Below are positions 1 through 9,086 of a DNA stretch of 64,000 nucleotides, piece after piece. How positions within the stretch are numbered: the first letter of the stretch is position 1; each line of letters starts with the position of its first letter. The position numbers and the translations under genes are program-made. The DNA lies in the IMG/VR virus record IMGVR_UViG_3300032116_000001, positions 124,001 to 188,000 of that record, one strand, 5' to 3'. The notes beneath the pieces are model-generated. The model searched no databases and was not told the origin of the DNA. It worked only from the letters and a program-made list of their open reading frames with translations.

Positions 1-2
1 CA

Positions 3-722
3 ATGTTTACAAGACACAAAGATGTGCTTTTGCAAATGCTAGAAAGTTTCTTTTTAAACAAAAACAACAAACCATCTGATGAAAAAGTAAAAGAAATGAT
101 CGAAAACCTTGATGCTCATACACGAATGGCCTCTTATGAGTGGGCTAGACATCAGTTAATGGGCGGTGATGGTGAACCGAAAGCATGGGCAGATTTAAGC
201 CCTGATGAACTCAAGGCCATTGCTGTGAAGGCCTGGGAATCTTTATACGCTGATGGTTTTAGACTTTTTAGAATTCAAGAAATTAATGAACGTGGCGAGC
301 CACATAGAAAAGGCCCTGTTATGCCATTGAGCAGATGGGTTAAGCCCGATGTCTTTTTGCCAATTATGGAAGAGGAAGTAAACAATATACAACGCATGCA
401 GGCCAACAAAGCGGCAGTTAAAAAGGGTTATAGCCCCATTGCACAACGAAGCCGACTTGACCCCAGTATTAATCTTCAGAATATTGGTCAAAAAAGGCGT
501 GAGATTTTGGACATTGCTAGAAATAATCAGGAAGTTCAGCAAAGCGATGTGCCTAAAACCTTTATCGAAGACAACTCTGTTGAGGATTCTAAAGATGCGT
601 TGCAGTCACATGCAAGTGTGCTAGATAGAATGCTTCTCAAAATTAGTTCCATGGAGCAATCTGGTGATTACAAAAATGCAGACATTGAAATGTCAAGGCT
701 AGAATCTATTTTAAGAGGATAA
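3..722 (+). CDS. Hypothetical protein, possibly 5'-truncated; C-terminus carries the helical tag-like motif (LDRMLLKISSMEQSGDYKNADIEM)
   Basis: 239-aa ORF at the window edge, followed 5 nt later by the next gene; no family recognised. Confidence 0.7.
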   Translation: MFTRHKDVLLQMLESFFLNKNNKPSDEKVKEMIENLDAHTRMASYEWARHQLMGGDGEPKAWADLSPDELKAIAVKAWESLYADGFRLFRIQEINERGEPHRKGPVMPLSRWVKPDVFLPIMEEEVNNIQRMQANKAAVKKGYSPIAQRSRLDPSINLQNIGQKRREILDIARNNQEVQQSDVPKTFIEDNSVEDSKDALQSHASVLDRMLLKISSMEQSGDYKNADIEMSRLESILRG

Positions 723-727
723 AAATC

Positions 728-1222
728 ATGACAGAGGGCACAAAATTTAGAATAAGATTTGTTGCTGACAATGATGAAAAAAGAACCAAGGGGCTCATGC
801 ATGCAGAGCCCCTTGAAGATGATGAAGTTGTTCTTTTTATATTCCCTCATCCAGATAGATATGGTTTTTGGAATAAGAATGTTTCTTTTGGATTAAGTCT
901 GGCATTTTGTGACGCCAATGGTAAAATTGTACATTTTTCAGACATGAAGCCTAATGACCCAACAAAAGTTGGACCAGAAAACGATAATGTAATGTTTGTG
1001 GTTGAGGCTAAAGAAGGGGCTTTTTCAAAGATCGGCGCGAAGAAAGGTGATCTAATCAATTACTCTAATAATTTACTCACTGTGCACAAGACATCATCAA
1101 GGCATGCTCAAAATAATGAAAAAAATAATTTTCAAAAAAATGGCATTAAAAAAACAGGTATAGACATTAACAAGTTGGAAGTTAATCTTTTAGCAGGGTC
1201 TCTTAAGGAGGACTATAAATAA
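728..1222 (+). CDS. DUF192 family protein
   Basis: Motifs KRTKGLM, LFIFP, FWNKNVSFGLSLAFCDANGKIV and FVVEAKEG match the DUF192 pattern. Confidence 0.85.
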   Translation: MTEGTKFRIRFVADNDEKRTKGLMHAEPLEDDEVVLFIFPHPDRYGFWNKNVSFGLSLAFCDANGKIVHFSDMKPNDPTKVGPENDNVMFVVEAKEGAFSKIGAKKGDLINYSNNLLTVHKTSSRHAQNNEKNNFQKNGIKKTGIDINKLEVNLLAGSLKEDYK

Positions 1223-1223
1223 T

Positions 1224-2213
1224 ATGGCAGATCGAATTTTCCCCACACAAATCCAAGGCGATGGCCTTGATTCGGAAAAAGTTTTCACTGGTATCAACTG
1301 GGACGATTTTGGTTCACGTCTTGCGCAAGTTCGCGAAGCCGAAGGTACCGAAATGTCTCCTGAAGTGAGAGAATATCTTGATTCACTCAAAAACGATGAA
1401 TCTGATTTTGCTTACGAAGATGATGTAACAGCTGAAAACGAAAGCTCCAATGTCACGACCGCAAAGCGTGAACTTCCCGAAGCACTGGTAGAGCACCAAT
1501 TTAAGTCCAAGGACGAAGACGAAAATGACGAGCAAGAAGAGTCTAAAATTGTAAGAGGCAAAGAGGCTTCTGCTCAAAACAGAAGAGTAGTCTTCTCTAG
1601 CGCCAAGCAGCTGACTGCCGAGGCTATTGAAGAGGCTAAGGCCAAGGGTGATCAGGGGCTGGTTAATGCAATTTTGGCTGCCAGAAATGATCGAAGAACC
1701 GCTCTTGCGGCCAAGATCGCGGAAGCCGCCAAAGAGCAGGTAGACAAGAATGTTCGCATTGCTGAGCGAAATGCTTATCGTATGTCGATTGTGAATTCTG
1801 TTGAAGAAACCTCTAAAAAAATTACAGAAGCTGCGGCAAGTAACAACACCAAGGTTGCCTCTGACAATGATGGTTTTGTGAAAATTTCTGACCTCAAGGG
1901 GCAAGAAAGACAGGCATTTATTAAGAAGTGCGCCAGCCAGGGCTTCCCCGAGGAATATGTTTCTGCAATGCTTGGTGAAACACTGCAGGCAAATGCTGAT
2001 TTTTCTGCCGAGGCCGACAACATTAGACAAGTTATGTCAGCTGATCTTGACAAAAATATCAAGAAATCTGCCGTAGAGGGAATGGTCAAGGTTTCCTCAC
2101 TTGACAAGGCTGAATATGATCGACTCAAGAGATATTGGAAAGAAGAGCTTGGCTATGGTGATGAAGAATGGATTGATGATCTTTTCTCATCAAAATATGA
2201 TAGCAAAAAGTAA
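1224..2213 (+). CDS. Hypothetical acidic/helical protein, probably head-associated
   Basis: 329-aa ORF tightly packed upstream of the portal; E/A/K-rich coiled-coil composition. Confidence 0.75.
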   Translation: MADRIFPTQIQGDGLDSEKVFTGINWDDFGSRLAQVREAEGTEMSPEVREYLDSLKNDESDFAYEDDVTAENESSNVTTAKRELPEALVEHQFKSKDEDENDEQEESKIVRGKEASAQNRRVVFSSAKQLTAEAIEEAKAKGDQGLVNAILAARNDRRTALAAKIAEAAKEQVDKNVRIAERNAYRMSIVNSVEETSKKITEAAASNNTKVASDNDGFVKISDLKGQERQAFIKKCASQGFPEEYVSAMLGETLQANADFSAEADNIRQVMSADLDKNIKKSAVEGMVKVSSLDKAEYDRLKRYWKEELGYGDEEWIDDLFSSKYDSKK

Positions 2214-2226
2214 CCGCCAATAAATA

Positions 2227-2264
2227 TTTTCTTCCCTCTTTATTATAAGAAAGAGGGAAGAAAA
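2227..2264. terminator. 15-bp perfect inverted repeat (terminator-like hairpin)
   Basis: ttttcttccctcttt / attataag / aaagagggaagaaaa just after the 2213 stop. Confidence 0.5.
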
Positions 2265-2277
2265 GGTAAAAAACAAC

Positions 2278-2496
2278 ATGAGTGAAATTCGACGATTAAG
2301 TGAAGACAGCGCTGAACATTATATTTCTTTCTTAGAAAATAATGGTTTGGGTAACATAGGCAATAAAGCAAAAATGATTTTGCCAACTGATACAAAACAG
2401 TCGAACGTGGCAGGAGATGGCGTAGGCCTTCCTGTAATTCATAGCAATTTTATTTCGCTTACTAATCTTGTTAAGAAAACAGATGAAAGTGAGTAA
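2278..2496 (+). CDS. Small hypothetical protein
   Basis: 72-aa ORF filling the gap, aagg upstream. Confidence 0.55.
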   Translation: MSEIRRLSEDSAEHYISFLENNGLGNIGNKAKMILPTDTKQSNVAGDGVGLPVIHSNFISLTNLVKKTDESE

Positions 2497-2521
2497 ATAT
2501 CAATCATTAAGGTAAAAAAAC

Positions 2522-3382
2522 ATGAGCAAATTTCTTCGTAAAGTTTCTGATACAGAAAAGCTGCCTTCATCTGTGCAGCAGGCGTTTATTGGTGCGTCCT
2601 CAAATCAGGACGACCCATATGCACATTTGCGCATGGCCTCAAGAGACAATCAACTTAGTATAGCTAAGCAGTCTATGGGATATGATGAAGATGATGCTGA
2701 CATCGATGACCGATCCTGGGAGAGAGTTCAGGGCGCAAGCATTTACGAAGATAGACGCGCATCTAATATGACAGAAAGAATGAATAATCTTTCAATAGAA
2801 GATTTTTCTCCGCACGCCGTAAGGCGCTCGGATTATGGTATAGATGCAGGCGAGTCTTACAGAGAGACAACAAGCTCTCTTCAGGCATATACCCCTGAAG
2901 ATTATATGGCAGCTATGCTTAGGGGGGCTAGCATTTGGGACCCTGATATGGAAGTTATTGCTGATGCATTCCATAACAGTCAAGAAACTCAATCAGAACA
3001 GGTTATAGCCGAAGCTAAAATTCGCAGGGAAGCAAGACAAAACAGGCATCAGCAATGGGAAGAAGAAACCTCAAGTCATTTAGATTCTATTCGCCCATCA
3101 CGTGTTCTGTCGGCTCGCGCCGCACCTATATTACGAACAGCTGCTGAGAACGAAGCTGCAGGAAACTTTGGAATGATTGATTTTGATTCATTAGACAATC
3201 ATGAAGCACAACGGCTTGCCATGCAGGAAGAAAAACGTAATAGTCGGCTTGCCTTAAAACGCAATGGGATCAAGGATCGCGACGAAAGACATAATGACTG
3301 GCAAGAGCATGTTCAGACTCATGCAAGCACTATTCAAGATATTTATAATTATCAAAAGTACAACTTAAGCAGTGAGGATTAA
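2522..3382 (+). CDS. Hypothetical protein, probably head-associated
   Basis: 286-aa ORF co-oriented with the head module; no family recognised. Confidence 0.75.
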   Translation: MSKFLRKVSDTEKLPSSVQQAFIGASSNQDDPYAHLRMASRDNQLSIAKQSMGYDEDDADIDDRSWERVQGASIYEDRRASNMTERMNNLSIEDFSPHAVRRSDYGIDAGESYRETTSSLQAYTPEDYMAAMLRGASIWDPDMEVIADAFHNSQETQSEQVIAEAKIRREARQNRHQQWEEETSSHLDSIRPSRVLSARAAPILRTAAENEAAGNFGMIDFDSLDNHEAQRLAMQEEKRNSRLALKRNGIKDRDERHNDWQEHVQTHASTIQDIYNYQKYNLSSED

Positions 3383-3387
3383 TTTTT

Positions 3388-4374
3388 ATGAAAGGGCTTC
3401 GAACCGCGCAAGAGTTTGGTGGTGGGTTGGCCTCTAATCCCGCAAACGGAATAGCTAATATCCCACTCAATTCAACAGAGGATTCATCTGGTGTTAAGCC
3501 AGATGAATTACTTTCTATTTTGTCAAAGTTTATAAATTCTGATAGCGCAAGTGCTGTTCAATTTAAAGCAAAATTTGAAGATATTTTGCTTCGGTTAACT
3601 AGGCCAGATATGATAGATGCAATCCAAAAAATCATAAAAGCTATTGATATGGCTCAAGACCCTAAAAAAAGAACAAAAGACCCAAATACAGGCAAGTTTG
3701 ACCCAACAGCACAGGAACTTGCGCAAAAACTTTCCGACAAGGTGAAAATGATGGAAAAATCAAGCAGTAATCAAAATTCAAATGTTCTCAAATTTAATTT
3801 ACGAGAAGCCCAAGCCAAAAAGCCAAAGAAAAAAACAAGAGGCAACCCATTTAGGGTTTTAATGGGTAAAGTTGGCAAATTGCTTGACCATGGACTTGAA
3901 AAAAGTGAAATCAGAAGATATCTTGTTAAGCTGGGTATGTGGAATGAAGAAACAATTGAAAGAGCTATTGACATTGTTAGAGATTACAATAAAAAGAAAA
4001 GACGCGACGATGCCGATGGAAACAAAAAGGAATCTCAAATGTCTTCTGAATTAATGAGATTAGCAGAATCTAAGTTGGCATCAATGACTGATGAAGAATT
4101 TGATAATTTTTTAAATTCCAGAATTGCAGCCAAGGTTTTAGATAATTCAATCTATGATATTCCTGCTGATTTTTCAAAAAGATCAACAACGGAGTTAATG
4201 GCAAGGGCAACGTGGTTAATGTCGCTAATGAATTATAGTAAAGACATGCCACAAGGAGACGGCAAAAAACCTGCTGACACCAAGGGGGCGTCGGCAGAGC
4301 TGAAGTCAATTAAAAAGGCTCTGGAAGATCGTGGTTTTAATGCAGATGACTTGTCTGAAATGGGAATTAAGTAA
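3388..4374 (+). CDS. Hypothetical protein, probably head-associated
   Basis: 328-aa ORF, gagga SD upstream; basic segment KKPKKKTRGNPFRVLMGKVGKLLDHG. Confidence 0.75.
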   Translation: MKGLRTAQEFGGGLASNPANGIANIPLNSTEDSSGVKPDELLSILSKFINSDSASAVQFKAKFEDILLRLTRPDMIDAIQKIIKAIDMAQDPKKRTKDPNTGKFDPTAQELAQKLSDKVKMMEKSSSNQNSNVLKFNLREAQAKKPKKKTRGNPFRVLMGKVGKLLDHGLEKSEIRRYLVKLGMWNEETIERAIDIVRDYNKKKRRDDADGNKKESQMSSELMRLAESKLASMTDEEFDNFLNSRIAAKVLDNSIYDIPADFSKRSTTELMARATWLMSLMNYSKDMPQGDGKKPADTKGASAELKSIKKALEDRGFNADDLSEMGIK

Positions 4375-4397
4375 TTCGATTAAAGCGAATTGATTGG

Positions 4398-5957
4398 GTG
4401 AAAAAAATGTGTGAACATGTAAAAGAAGAAGAAACAAAATTTGAAGGCAAGCATGATCTTCAGATGGGTGGTGGGGGCTTGATTGAAATGATATTAAGCA
4501 CCATGGAGCAAATTAGCGAAGCTGTTAAATCAGCAGTTAAGGAAAATTCACACAATAAAGAATCTCCCATGGACTTAATCGAAGATTCAGACCTTGATGA
4601 TTCTGATCCCGTTGTTCAAGAGTTCTTTAATGACGGCGGGTGTAAAGGTGTATTAAAAATTATAAGATTAAACAAGCCCGAAGTTGCTCTTGAAAAGCTG
4701 TCTGAAATTTCAGTCAAGTTGCAAAAAGTTCGAATGGCAAATCGCCGTTTAATTTTAAGACAAATTTTTGCAGCAGCACAAATTGCGCGGGGAATTGATA
4801 ACGAAGCTGTAAATCTGGAGAGAGTCGCTCACAAAATGACTTCTCATAGCAAGGGATTTTATCAAGCAGAGTCTATTATGGCTATTGACAGCCTTGTTGC
4901 TGATACTTACAATCAGAGCGAGAAGCGCGTATTGGCTTCGGCCAGGGATTTAATTCTTTCTGGTGAATTCGAGAAAGGCGCACTGAAGCTAAAAGAAATT
5001 TATGCCTCAGCATTACCGCAATCACAAAATATCAGAACGGCTTACACAACGCTAAGAACCCAAGGTGGAGAGCCCTATTTGTTATGTCCAAAAGGCATTC
5101 ACGTAATGGGACATGCGGTGCCTATGGAAGTGAGCAAATGTAGAGAAAATTGCATTGATAGCAAGGTTGATGAAAGCGGGGCAGTATCATGCCAATATCA
5201 ATCTTGGCTCAAGCATGCTGATACTCACGAAAAAGCCATGGCAAGACTTGAAGTACATCGTCACCCAGATAATGCAGAAAACGCATTGGCGTATGATGAA
5301 GGTTCAAGAGGGCTACCATATAAGCTTAGTGATCTGCCTGTAGAGAAAAGATTTGAAGACAGCAATCAGGGATCAAATAAAGTGCGTGACAAAAAAGTAA
5401 GCGACGAAAGTATTGAGGCCAGACTGGAAAAAGCAAAATCTGGGCAGCCAGGACAGCGCCCAGGGCATTCTTCATCTATTTCAGATATGAACATAAAGGC
5501 ATCAAGTTTTAATAATAAAAGACATGCAATTGCTCAGAATGTGGGCATTAAATCAATGGAACAACAGCTGCGATCAGAATCCTCTGCAGAGCCTGCAAAT
5601 ATTACAATTGAAAAGCAGCTAGAAACAACAAATGGGTATAATGGCCACAGGGGCGAAATGGAACAAAGTTATGCCCACCAACTGGCCAATCAAGAATCCA
5701 ATTCAGAATCAATAACTGAACAGCTTTTGGACCAAGAAGAAATTGGTGGGGTGCGGGTCACAGAAAGACTTGCGTCAGATGTCGCAGAAATCAATCCAGA
5801 GTCTAAAGATACTTTAGGTAGCCAAATTTCTGAAGATCACACAAATGAACAATTGGATGATTTCACAATTGAAGAACTTCTTGCTGATGAAAGACGTGGG
5901 TTGTCGGAAGACGAAATCGATATGCTTTTAGAGCAATTGCTTGAAGAAACAAGATAG
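4398..5957 (+). CDS. Hypothetical head-module protein with Cys-rich domain and C-terminal T-x-E-x-x-L repeats
   Basis: 519-aa ORF; LCPKG..CRENC..SCQY cluster; repeats such as TIEKQLETT and TIEELLADERRG. Confidence 0.75.
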   Translation: MKKMCEHVKEEETKFEGKHDLQMGGGGLIEMILSTMEQISEAVKSAVKENSHNKESPMDLIEDSDLDDSDPVVQEFFNDGGCKGVLKIIRLNKPEVALEKLSEISVKLQKVRMANRRLILRQIFAAAQIARGIDNEAVNLERVAHKMTSHSKGFYQAESIMAIDSLVADTYNQSEKRVLASARDLILSGEFEKGALKLKEIYASALPQSQNIRTAYTTLRTQGGEPYLLCPKGIHVMGHAVPMEVSKCRENCIDSKVDESGAVSCQYQSWLKHADTHEKAMARLEVHRHPDNAENALAYDEGSRGLPYKLSDLPVEKRFEDSNQGSNKVRDKKVSDESIEARLEKAKSGQPGQRPGHSSSISDMNIKASSFNNKRHAIAQNVGIKSMEQQLRSESSAEPANITIEKQLETTNGYNGHRGEMEQSYAHQLANQESNSESITEQLLDQEEIGGVRVTERLASDVAEINPESKDTLGSQISEDHTNEQLDDFTIEELLADERRGLSEDEIDMLLEQLLEETR

Positions 5958-5976
5958 TGCAAAAGGTGTGTGCAAG

Positions 5977-6417
5977 GTGTGGTATCGACTTTCGCAAAAA
6001 ACTTTAGGTATTGGCGGCGGGGCATTAAAGTCCTCGCCGTCAAATGATTCTGTATTGCCAGCAGAACAACATGCCAAAATGTGGGATGTATTGGTTAATC
6101 AAACAGATCATATCGGAAACAGAAAGGGCGAGCCAAATGAAACCACTGGTGATCAAGGTGCCATAAACGAGGGGCAAGCAACTCAAGGCACAGAAATGAG
6201 AAGAGTTTCGCCTTATCATAGCAATCCTGAACACACAACTCTTGAAGAGCAACTTGAAACCGCAAGGCAACAAAACGTAAATAACGATCCGATAGCAATG
6301 ACGCAAAACAATTTCGGAACTGGAGAAATGCTAATAAGAGGAGTGCCCCAGTATAGTTCTGGCAAAGGGTGGGTAGGCTTTCAAGGAAATAACCCGTCTG
6401 CGATAACCCTGGTTTAA
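5977..6417 (+). CDS. Hypothetical protein beginning MWYRLSQ (start re-assigned from 5941 to GTG 5977)
   Basis: GTG at 5977 follows aaaggtg, removes the overlap with the upstream gene and gives the shared N-terminal tag. Confidence 0.7.
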   Translation: MWYRLSQKTLGIGGGALKSSPSNDSVLPAEQHAKMWDVLVNQTDHIGNRKGEPNETTGDQGAINEGQATQGTEMRRVSPYHSNPEHTTLEEQLETARQQNVNNDPIAMTQNNFGTGEMLIRGVPQYSSGKGWVGFQGNNPSAITLV

Positions 6418-6438
6418 AGGTTTTTTTCTTTTATGCAG

Positions 6439-6472
6439 ACAATATCTTAAGGAAAGAGTCTTAAGATATTGT
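6439..6472. promoter_or_regulatory. 13-bp perfect inverted repeat directly followed by TATAAT, upstream of the portal
   Basis: acaatatcttaag / gaaagagt / cttaagatattgt, overlapping the start of tataat; could be a terminator or an operator. Confidence 0.4.
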
Positions 6473-6538
6473 ATAATTGTGCAATATGTCTTTAAAGACA
6501 TAAGTGAGGTTTTGCTTTTGGCCAATCAAGAATCAATA

Positions 6539-8941
6539 ATGGAAGCCCCAACATTAGCCAGTGTTATGAGGGTTGCCGCGCAAACTGTGTCTGGCGAGAG
6601 AGTGATCGGTGCAACAACAAAAAGAGACACAGGCCAGCAACATGTTGCGTCAAGAATTACGTCTGGGATCGGAGCCAGCGTACACAAAGGCGTGCGGGAA
6701 GCGCAGGTTTCACCCAACAGCATTACTACGGCACCCAACTTTTATAGCCCGTTTTTAACACCAAGGGCTTATCAAGTTCCAAACGCACGCAAAGAAGTGT
6801 ATCTTTGGGCAAACTGGTGGCGAAATAATGAACCAAAAGTTGCCGCGGCTATAAATTTTTACAAACTTTTTCCTTTTTCTGGATGGAAACTTGAATGTTC
6901 AAGTTCATATGTCAAAGACTATTTTGAGAAATTAATCCAAAAGCTTAATTTCCAAAAATGGCTTCCAGAAATCAGTGGCGTATATCATCTTTTTGGAGAC
7001 TGCTTTGTACTTGCAACTCTTGAGTGCGAACACTGTGAGGGAAGCATGATTGATAAAAACACGGGAGAAGCCTGCAGCCATGATGGGGCAACATGGGCCA
7101 GCCTGACTATTTTAAACCCCGACAGTATTCAGATTAGGCCTGGTATATCTGGTCAGGAAAATTCATATTTTTATCAACCAACCGAAAGAGACATTCGATT
7201 AATCAATGAACGTCAATCACAACAATTCTATCATCAAATACCAGATAATGTAAAGAGACTTATCAAAAAGGGAGAGCCATTCCTTCTTAATTCCATATGC
7301 ATAGAGCACTTTAAATTTGGCTCTAGCCCTTGGGAAGATTACGGAACGCCAATGATTAGGTCGCTCTTTCCGACACTGGCTTATAAAGATAAATTAAGAA
7401 ATGCTCAATGGCTTATTGCTGAACGACATATTCTTCCCGTTAAAGTTGTAAAAGTTGGATCAGACAACAGGCCAGCAAGCCAATCTGATATTGATAGCGT
7501 GCAAGAAGAATTGGCCGCTGTTGCAAATGACCCCAATTTGACTTTAGTCACTCATAATGCATTCGATTTTGATTATGTGGGAGCATCAGGAAAAGTTCTG
7601 CAGCTTACAAATGAATTTGAGCTTATAGATCAAGAGATTCTTGATGGCGTAATGCTAAATAAGGCACTATTAAATGGTGAAGGCCCAACATATGGAAATG
7701 CCCAGGTTGGCCTCTTGGCAATGAAACAGCGCTTAGAAACATTCCGAAATGAAGTTGCAAGATGGATTGAAGAAAAATTATTTAAACCAGTCGCAGAATG
7801 GAACGGCTTTGTCATTGAGGGCGAAAGAGGACAAGATGAATTAGTTTATCCCAAAATTGTTTTTAGTGATTTAGAGCTTAAGGACAAAACTGGGATTTTG
7901 CAAATGTTTGTCACTGCTAATAGCAATGGTGTTATTTCAAATCAGTCATTAATTGAAGAATTTGGCCTTAATCCAGACCAAGAAATTGAAAGACTCCGTG
8001 AGGAGCAGGGCGCTAACTTTGTGCAAAACCCAGCAATAGGAAACACAGACCTTGGTAATGGTTTTGCAGGCGGCATGGGTGGAGGATTCGGCGGGATGGC
8101 CCCATCAATGCCTGCGCCAGGCGGAATGCCAGCGGCTCCTGGTATTGATGGTATGGGTGGAATGCCGCCTATTGGAGCAAGAGATTACCGAGAAAATTAT
8201 CGCCTGGCATCTGGTATAATGAACGACATTTATCGTGAAAAAATTGGCATTCATACTGCAGAAATTCAGACGAGAACAGCATCAAAAACAATTAAGTCTC
8301 AGGCTCATTACGAATTTTTAAGCACAATAAAACCTGTTTCTGGTCGGGGATTGGCTGGGGAACTTCCAGAGGAATATGATGGCTTTGGCAATGTCCTAGA
8401 GCCACAGTTGTTAGGAGGACCATTCTGTTTTCCTCTTAATTCATCGGCAATTCATGAGCTAAGAAACATAATCGCAGAAGCCTCTAATGATCCTGCAGGC
8501 AAAATTGCTTTAGCCTCGGCTGAAGAAGCAAAAAATAGAATAACCATTGGCAAGAAGGGTGGCAGAAATGAAGAGAAACAAGTTAATTTGTTCACAAGCA
8601 TTGAGAAGAAACTTTACTATCTTTTGACATCTTTAAACTTACCTTTTGCGATTTATGCTCAATATAGTATGGGGCAAACAAGTGATTACACCCTGGATGC
8701 CGCAATACCATCGTTGAGGCTAGGCTTTGAGGCAGATGGTGAAATTTGGCACAATAGTCCAGATAAAATTGCAAGAGATAAAAGAAGAGATATGGAGCTA
8801 GCAGCAAATGGCTGGACAATTCTTCGCTTTACAGACAAAGAGTTAAATGATCGCCAAAACGAAGTTGCCCAGGTAATTTTACAAGCTATCCGAAAAGTTG
8901 CAGCACCAGGTCAAGATAATCAAGGGAATATCATTCTCTAG
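6539..8941 (+). CDS. Portal protein with C-terminal DUF559/Vsr-like endonuclease domain (ORF open from GTG 6479; ATG 6539 preferred)
   Basis: Portal-like core (EPKVAAAINFYKLFPFSGWKL, GTPMIRSLFPTLAYKDKLR, ILPVKVVKVG), position before the protease, C-terminal YTLDAAIP..FEADGEIWH..RD..L..NGWTILRF. Confidence 0.85.
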   Translation: MEAPTLASVMRVAAQTVSGERVIGATTKRDTGQQHVASRITSGIGASVHKGVREAQVSPNSITTAPNFYSPFLTPRAYQVPNARKEVYLWANWWRNNEPKVAAAINFYKLFPFSGWKLECSSSYVKDYFEKLIQKLNFQKWLPEISGVYHLFGDCFVLATLECEHCEGSMIDKNTGEACSHDGATWASLTILNPDSIQIRPGISGQENSYFYQPTERDIRLINERQSQQFYHQIPDNVKRLIKKGEPFLLNSICIEHFKFGSSPWEDYGTPMIRSLFPTLAYKDKLRNAQWLIAERHILPVKVVKVGSDNRPASQSDIDSVQEELAAVANDPNLTLVTHNAFDFDYVGASGKVLQLTNEFELIDQEILDGVMLNKALLNGEGPTYGNAQVGLLAMKQRLETFRNEVARWIEEKLFKPVAEWNGFVIEGERGQDELVYPKIVFSDLELKDKTGILQMFVTANSNGVISNQSLIEEFGLNPDQEIERLREEQGANFVQNPAIGNTDLGNGFAGGMGGGFGGMAPSMPAPGGMPAAPGIDGMGGMPPIGARDYRENYRLASGIMNDIYREKIGIHTAEIQTRTASKTIKSQAHYEFLSTIKPVSGRGLAGELPEEYDGFGNVLEPQLLGGPFCFPLNSSAIHELRNIIAEASNDPAGKIALASAEEAKNRITIGKKGGRNEEKQVNLFTSIEKKLYYLLTSLNLPFAIYAQYSMGQTSDYTLDAAIPSLRLGFEADGEIWHNSPDKIARDKRRDMELAANGWTILRFTDKELNDRQNEVAQVILQAIRKVAAPGQDNQGNIIL

Positions 8942-8990
8942 TGTTGAGTAATTTTTAGCATATTTTCTGTTATTTTTTTGAAAATGTTAC

Positions 8991-9015
8991 AGGTGCAAGC
9001 CTGAAAATAACAGAA
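8991..9015 (+). promoter_or_regulatory. AGG-N19-GAA late-promoter-like motif, first of a tandem pair before the protease
   Basis: AGG tgcaagcctgaaaataaca GAA. Confidence 0.65.
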
Positions 9016-9040
9016 AGGCATATAAAGCGTTGGTTTTGAA
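9016..9040 (+). promoter_or_regulatory. AGG-N19-GAA motif, second of the tandem pair
   Basis: AGG catataaagcgttggtttt GAA, directly abutting the first copy. Confidence 0.65.
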
Positions 9041-9086
9041 AGTTTTCAAAAAATCAACATAACTAATTTTAGGAGAAAGAATCACC

